DNA from: a virus
Taxonomy: Duplodnaviria > Caudoviricetes
Direction: 5' to 3' (one strand)
DNA: 64,000 nucleotides
Virus record (IMG/VR): IMGVR_UViG_2844571421_000002
Span: 1 to 64,000 of that record
Shown: positions 61,878-64,000 of the stretch, piece after piece
Layout of the letters: each line of letters starts with the position of its first letter
Position numbering within the stretch: position 1 is the first letter of the stretch
Program-made: the position numbers and the translations under genes
Notes under the pieces: model-generated
Seen by the model: only the letters and a program-made list of their open reading frames with translations
Database searches by the model: none
Told to the model about the DNA's origin: nothing

Positions 61878-62822
61878 GTGATTATGCCAACTGATCCCGA
61901 ATGGGCTCCCTTCAAGGTAGGCAGACCCAGTACACGCCCGAATTGGGACGAGCCTGACTGCTTACCACTGCAACACGTTAGTCATGTGGCTCATCTCGCC
62001 TCGGGTTGGCGAATCGTGGAAAATCGATGCCTGCATGCTCATCTCGTGAGCGACAAGAGTCGACTGAATAGCAAGCGCATTCAAGTGGTCTGGCTTTCTC
62101 CCAATCATTGGAATGATGGCTTTCGCTATGGAAATATCCGGTTCGACTTTGACTTGACTTCACTGCTGAAAAACAAACGCTTCTATTGGGTAGAGTCAGT
62201 TGCCTACGGGGTGCCGGCTTGCCGCATTCTGATCACAGATCAGAATCGCGACGGCGAGCTTACGCCTTACGATCCATCAAAGCGCCAAGGCCCCTGGTGG
62301 CATGACCAGTCGAGCGACCAACACTACTATAACGGCAAGTACTGCCTAGAGTTCATGTTGGAAGACGAGTTGCCAATTTCGTCATGCACCTCGGTCTCGT
62401 TCGTACAACATCATAAGTATCAATGCTGCATCTCGCCCTCTTCATGCCCTGACCGTGGCCAGGGTGCTCAAGACAGTTCAGCGCGATTCCTTGCAGGAGT
62501 GGCGGGACGACTCTTACCTACCAAAGCGGATCTCTTGTTGCCCCAGTTTGATCTCCCGTTTGAGCGTTTCACTATTAGGGGCGCATGGACCTTAATGAAA
62601 GATGCAGTGAGCGACTGCGCACCTCTTTCAGGTCCACTTGATGTGGTCGATGATACAGCGGTGGCAGTCGCCCGAGCGGCATTGCGCGCAATCGGCGATC
62701 GCAGCACGCCAGAAGCGCATCGCTTGATTCGGCTATTTCACTCTAAAGAGCGTGCTTTGGATGCAATGCAGCTTGTGCTGCTAAGGGCATTCAAGTCGAT
62801 GGACGAGAAAGACTTTTCTTAA
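61878..62822 (+). CDS. Hypothetical cargo protein (314 aa), possible ADP-ribosyltransferase-like fold
   Basis: Long AT-richer ORF; VSHVAH...IVENRCL, VVWLSPN and LEFMLE recall the H...S...E layout of ART folds. The ORF is solid; the fold is weak inference. Confidence 0.5.
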   Translation: MIMPTDPEWAPFKVGRPSTRPNWDEPDCLPLQHVSHVAHLASGWRIVENRCLHAHLVSDKSRLNSKRIQVVWLSPNHWNDGFRYGNIRFDFDLTSLLKNKRFYWVESVAYGVPACRILITDQNRDGELTPYDPSKRQGPWWHDQSSDQHYYNGKYCLEFMLEDELPISSCTSVSFVQHHKYQCCISPSSCPDRGQGAQDSSARFLAGVAGRLLPTKADLLLPQFDLPFERFTIRGAWTLMKDAVSDCAPLSGPLDVVDDTAVAVARAALRAIGDRSTPEAHRLIRLFHSKERALDAMQLVLLRAFKSMDEKDFS

Positions 62823-62939
62823 CCACTCGTGCCTTCGATGACTGTCCGTTTCGTATAAGGCCCCCACGAATGTTCCTGAGAAAGAGAGAGCGGCGGCTAC
62901 GGTTCGACGAAGGCTCCTGGAGAGACAGTGAACGTAATT

Positions 62940-63245
62940 CTATCCACGGGACGTGATTCGGACGTCACATGCTTGCACGTCGACGCAGCGAGCCCGCCAG
63001 CTTCGACGCCACGATCCGCCGTCCGTTAGACGCTCGTCGACTGCCAGCTCGCCTTGCCCTCGTAGTAGGCGCACGCCGCAAAGGTCGCACGGCATCGGGT
63101 ACAGGTTGCGCCGCCAAGCTGCCTCGCGTTCTAAGCAGGCCAAGTGCCGAGCCCCGACGGTGCGCTCGTAGGTGGTGACCTTGCCCGGCTCAATGGGAAG
63201 GGAGCACGCGGCACACGGTACGCGCCTCTTAGCGGTCAGGGTGGG
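62940..63245 (-). CDS. Cys-rich small protein, homolog of 20783-21079; no ATG/GTG start found
   Basis: The frame reads LPTLTAKRRVPCAACSLPIEPGKVTTYERTVGARHLAC...CDLC...C from just after the sigma stop codon. Confidence 0.5.
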   Translation of the reverse strand, partial: PTLTAKRRVPCAACSLPIEPGKVTTYERTVGARHLACLEREAAWRRNLYPMPCDLCGVRLLRGQGELAVDERLTDGGSWRRSWRARCVDVQACDVRITSRG

Positions 63246-63249
63246 CAGC

Positions 63250-64000
63250 TCAGCTCCCCCGCTCGCCCAGCATCAGGCGCAGGTCGGCTAGAGCACGCGC
63301 GAGCATCCGGTCGACGCGACTCTTCGGCGCGCCCCATGCTTCCGCCACGGAGCGCACCGACTGCGCCGGGCGGTTGAGGCCGAACACGCGGGACACCAGC
63401 TCTCGTTGCTCGGGAGACAACTGCCGCACGGCCTTGAACACGAGGGCTCGACGCTCAGCCGCCAGCAGCTCCGCCTCGGGAGTGTCCCCGTCGGGCTCCA
63501 GGCACGACATCTCGCGGAGTGCGGATTCCAACTCGTCGACCCACGAGTCATCGGCGGAAGCACCGTCCGAGAAATGAGACGGTATGTCCATGCGGTGGAC
63601 TCGGACGACGTTGCGTTCGTTGCTGTGGATTGAACGCACGGTGCGACGCTTGTGCGCGCCGTCGCTCAGGTGAACGTCGGTGCCGTGCAAGCGCGCGTAC
63701 TGCTCGCAGGCAGCCCGCGCCCGGAAGTAGGCAACCTGACCGAACGAATGGCGCCCCCTCGTGGCGTCGTACTTGGACACCGCGCGAAGCACCGCCATGG
63801 AGGCAACTTGTGCGAGGTCATCAGGCGACAACGAGCCCGCGATGGGCAAGAGGGCCCCGACGATGCGGCGGATGATGGGCCTCATGGAGATGAGCAACTC
63901 AGCGGACAGTCGTCGCTCCAGCACGGCGTTGCCGCTCGCGCGGGCCGACAGGATGCGGGGCACGAGTTCGGATTGCCGAGCCGCCTGAAGGCCATACTCA
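63250..64000 (-). CDS. Phage sigma factor of prophage 2 (5' end beyond the window)
   Basis: Highly similar to 21090-21896 in regions 2 and 4; the frame is open to position 64000. Confidence 0.85.
   Translation of the reverse strand, partial: EYGLQAARQSELVPRILSARASGNAVLERRLSAELLISMRPIIRRIVGALLPIAGSLSPDDLAQVASMAVLRAVSKYDATRGRHSFGQVAYFRARAACEQYARLHGTDVHLSDGAHKRRTVRSIHSNERNVVRVHRMDIPSHFSDGASADDSWVDELESALREMSCLEPDGDTPEAELLAAERRALVFKAVRQLSPEQRELVSRVFGLNRPAQSVRSVAEAWGAPKSRVDRMLARALADLRLMLGERGS

Larger units (their letters stand above)
36102..64000. mobile_element. Prophage 2, a close relative of prophage 1 in the same orientation; continues beyond the window end
   Basis: Gene-for-gene paralogs of the lysis-to-sigma arm with different cargo. 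Including the kinase operon in this prophage is an inference from its position between the tRNA and the lysis genes. Confidence 0.88.

Noticed and set aside
1722-64000. The two prophages as an assembly duplication
   Set aside because: The copies differ by many synonymous substitutions and carry different cargo, so they are distinct elements.

Overview
High-GC window, probably from a myxobacterium (inferred from the DUF2381/TIGR02268-type gene, the fulvocin C-related gene and the eukaryote-like kinases). It consists almost entirely of two related, non-identical siphovirus-type prophages in tandem and in the same orientation, separated by an intact tRNA-Leu(TAA) at 36016-36101. Prophage 1 (about 1722-36015) runs lysis, tail, head and terminase leftwards, followed by a phage sigma factor; the rightward arm carries primase, exonuclease, helicase, PolA, RuvC-like resolvase, xis and int. 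Its last lysis gene is broken by an IS21 element. Prophage 2 (about 36102 to beyond 64000) begins with a DUF2381 / receptor Ser-Thr kinase / pseudokinase operon and then repeats the lysis-to-sigma arm with different cargo genes. Main observations: (1) a 31-bp bipartite motif, YGRGCC-N12-CRCACBCATYTAS, occurs 17 times directly in front of phage operons and is the likely promoter of the phage sigma factor, and no CI-type repressor is visible; (2) the kinase operon looks like a VirB9/VirB10-type envelope scaffold wired to a kinase; (3) the tail-tip proteins end in an intact Hint autoprocessing domain; (4) swappable defence or toxin cargo sits just upstream of the sigma promoters; (5) an HNH-like gene with a half attC-like site has been inserted into the head operon. 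All functional calls come from motifs read by eye; no database search was run.
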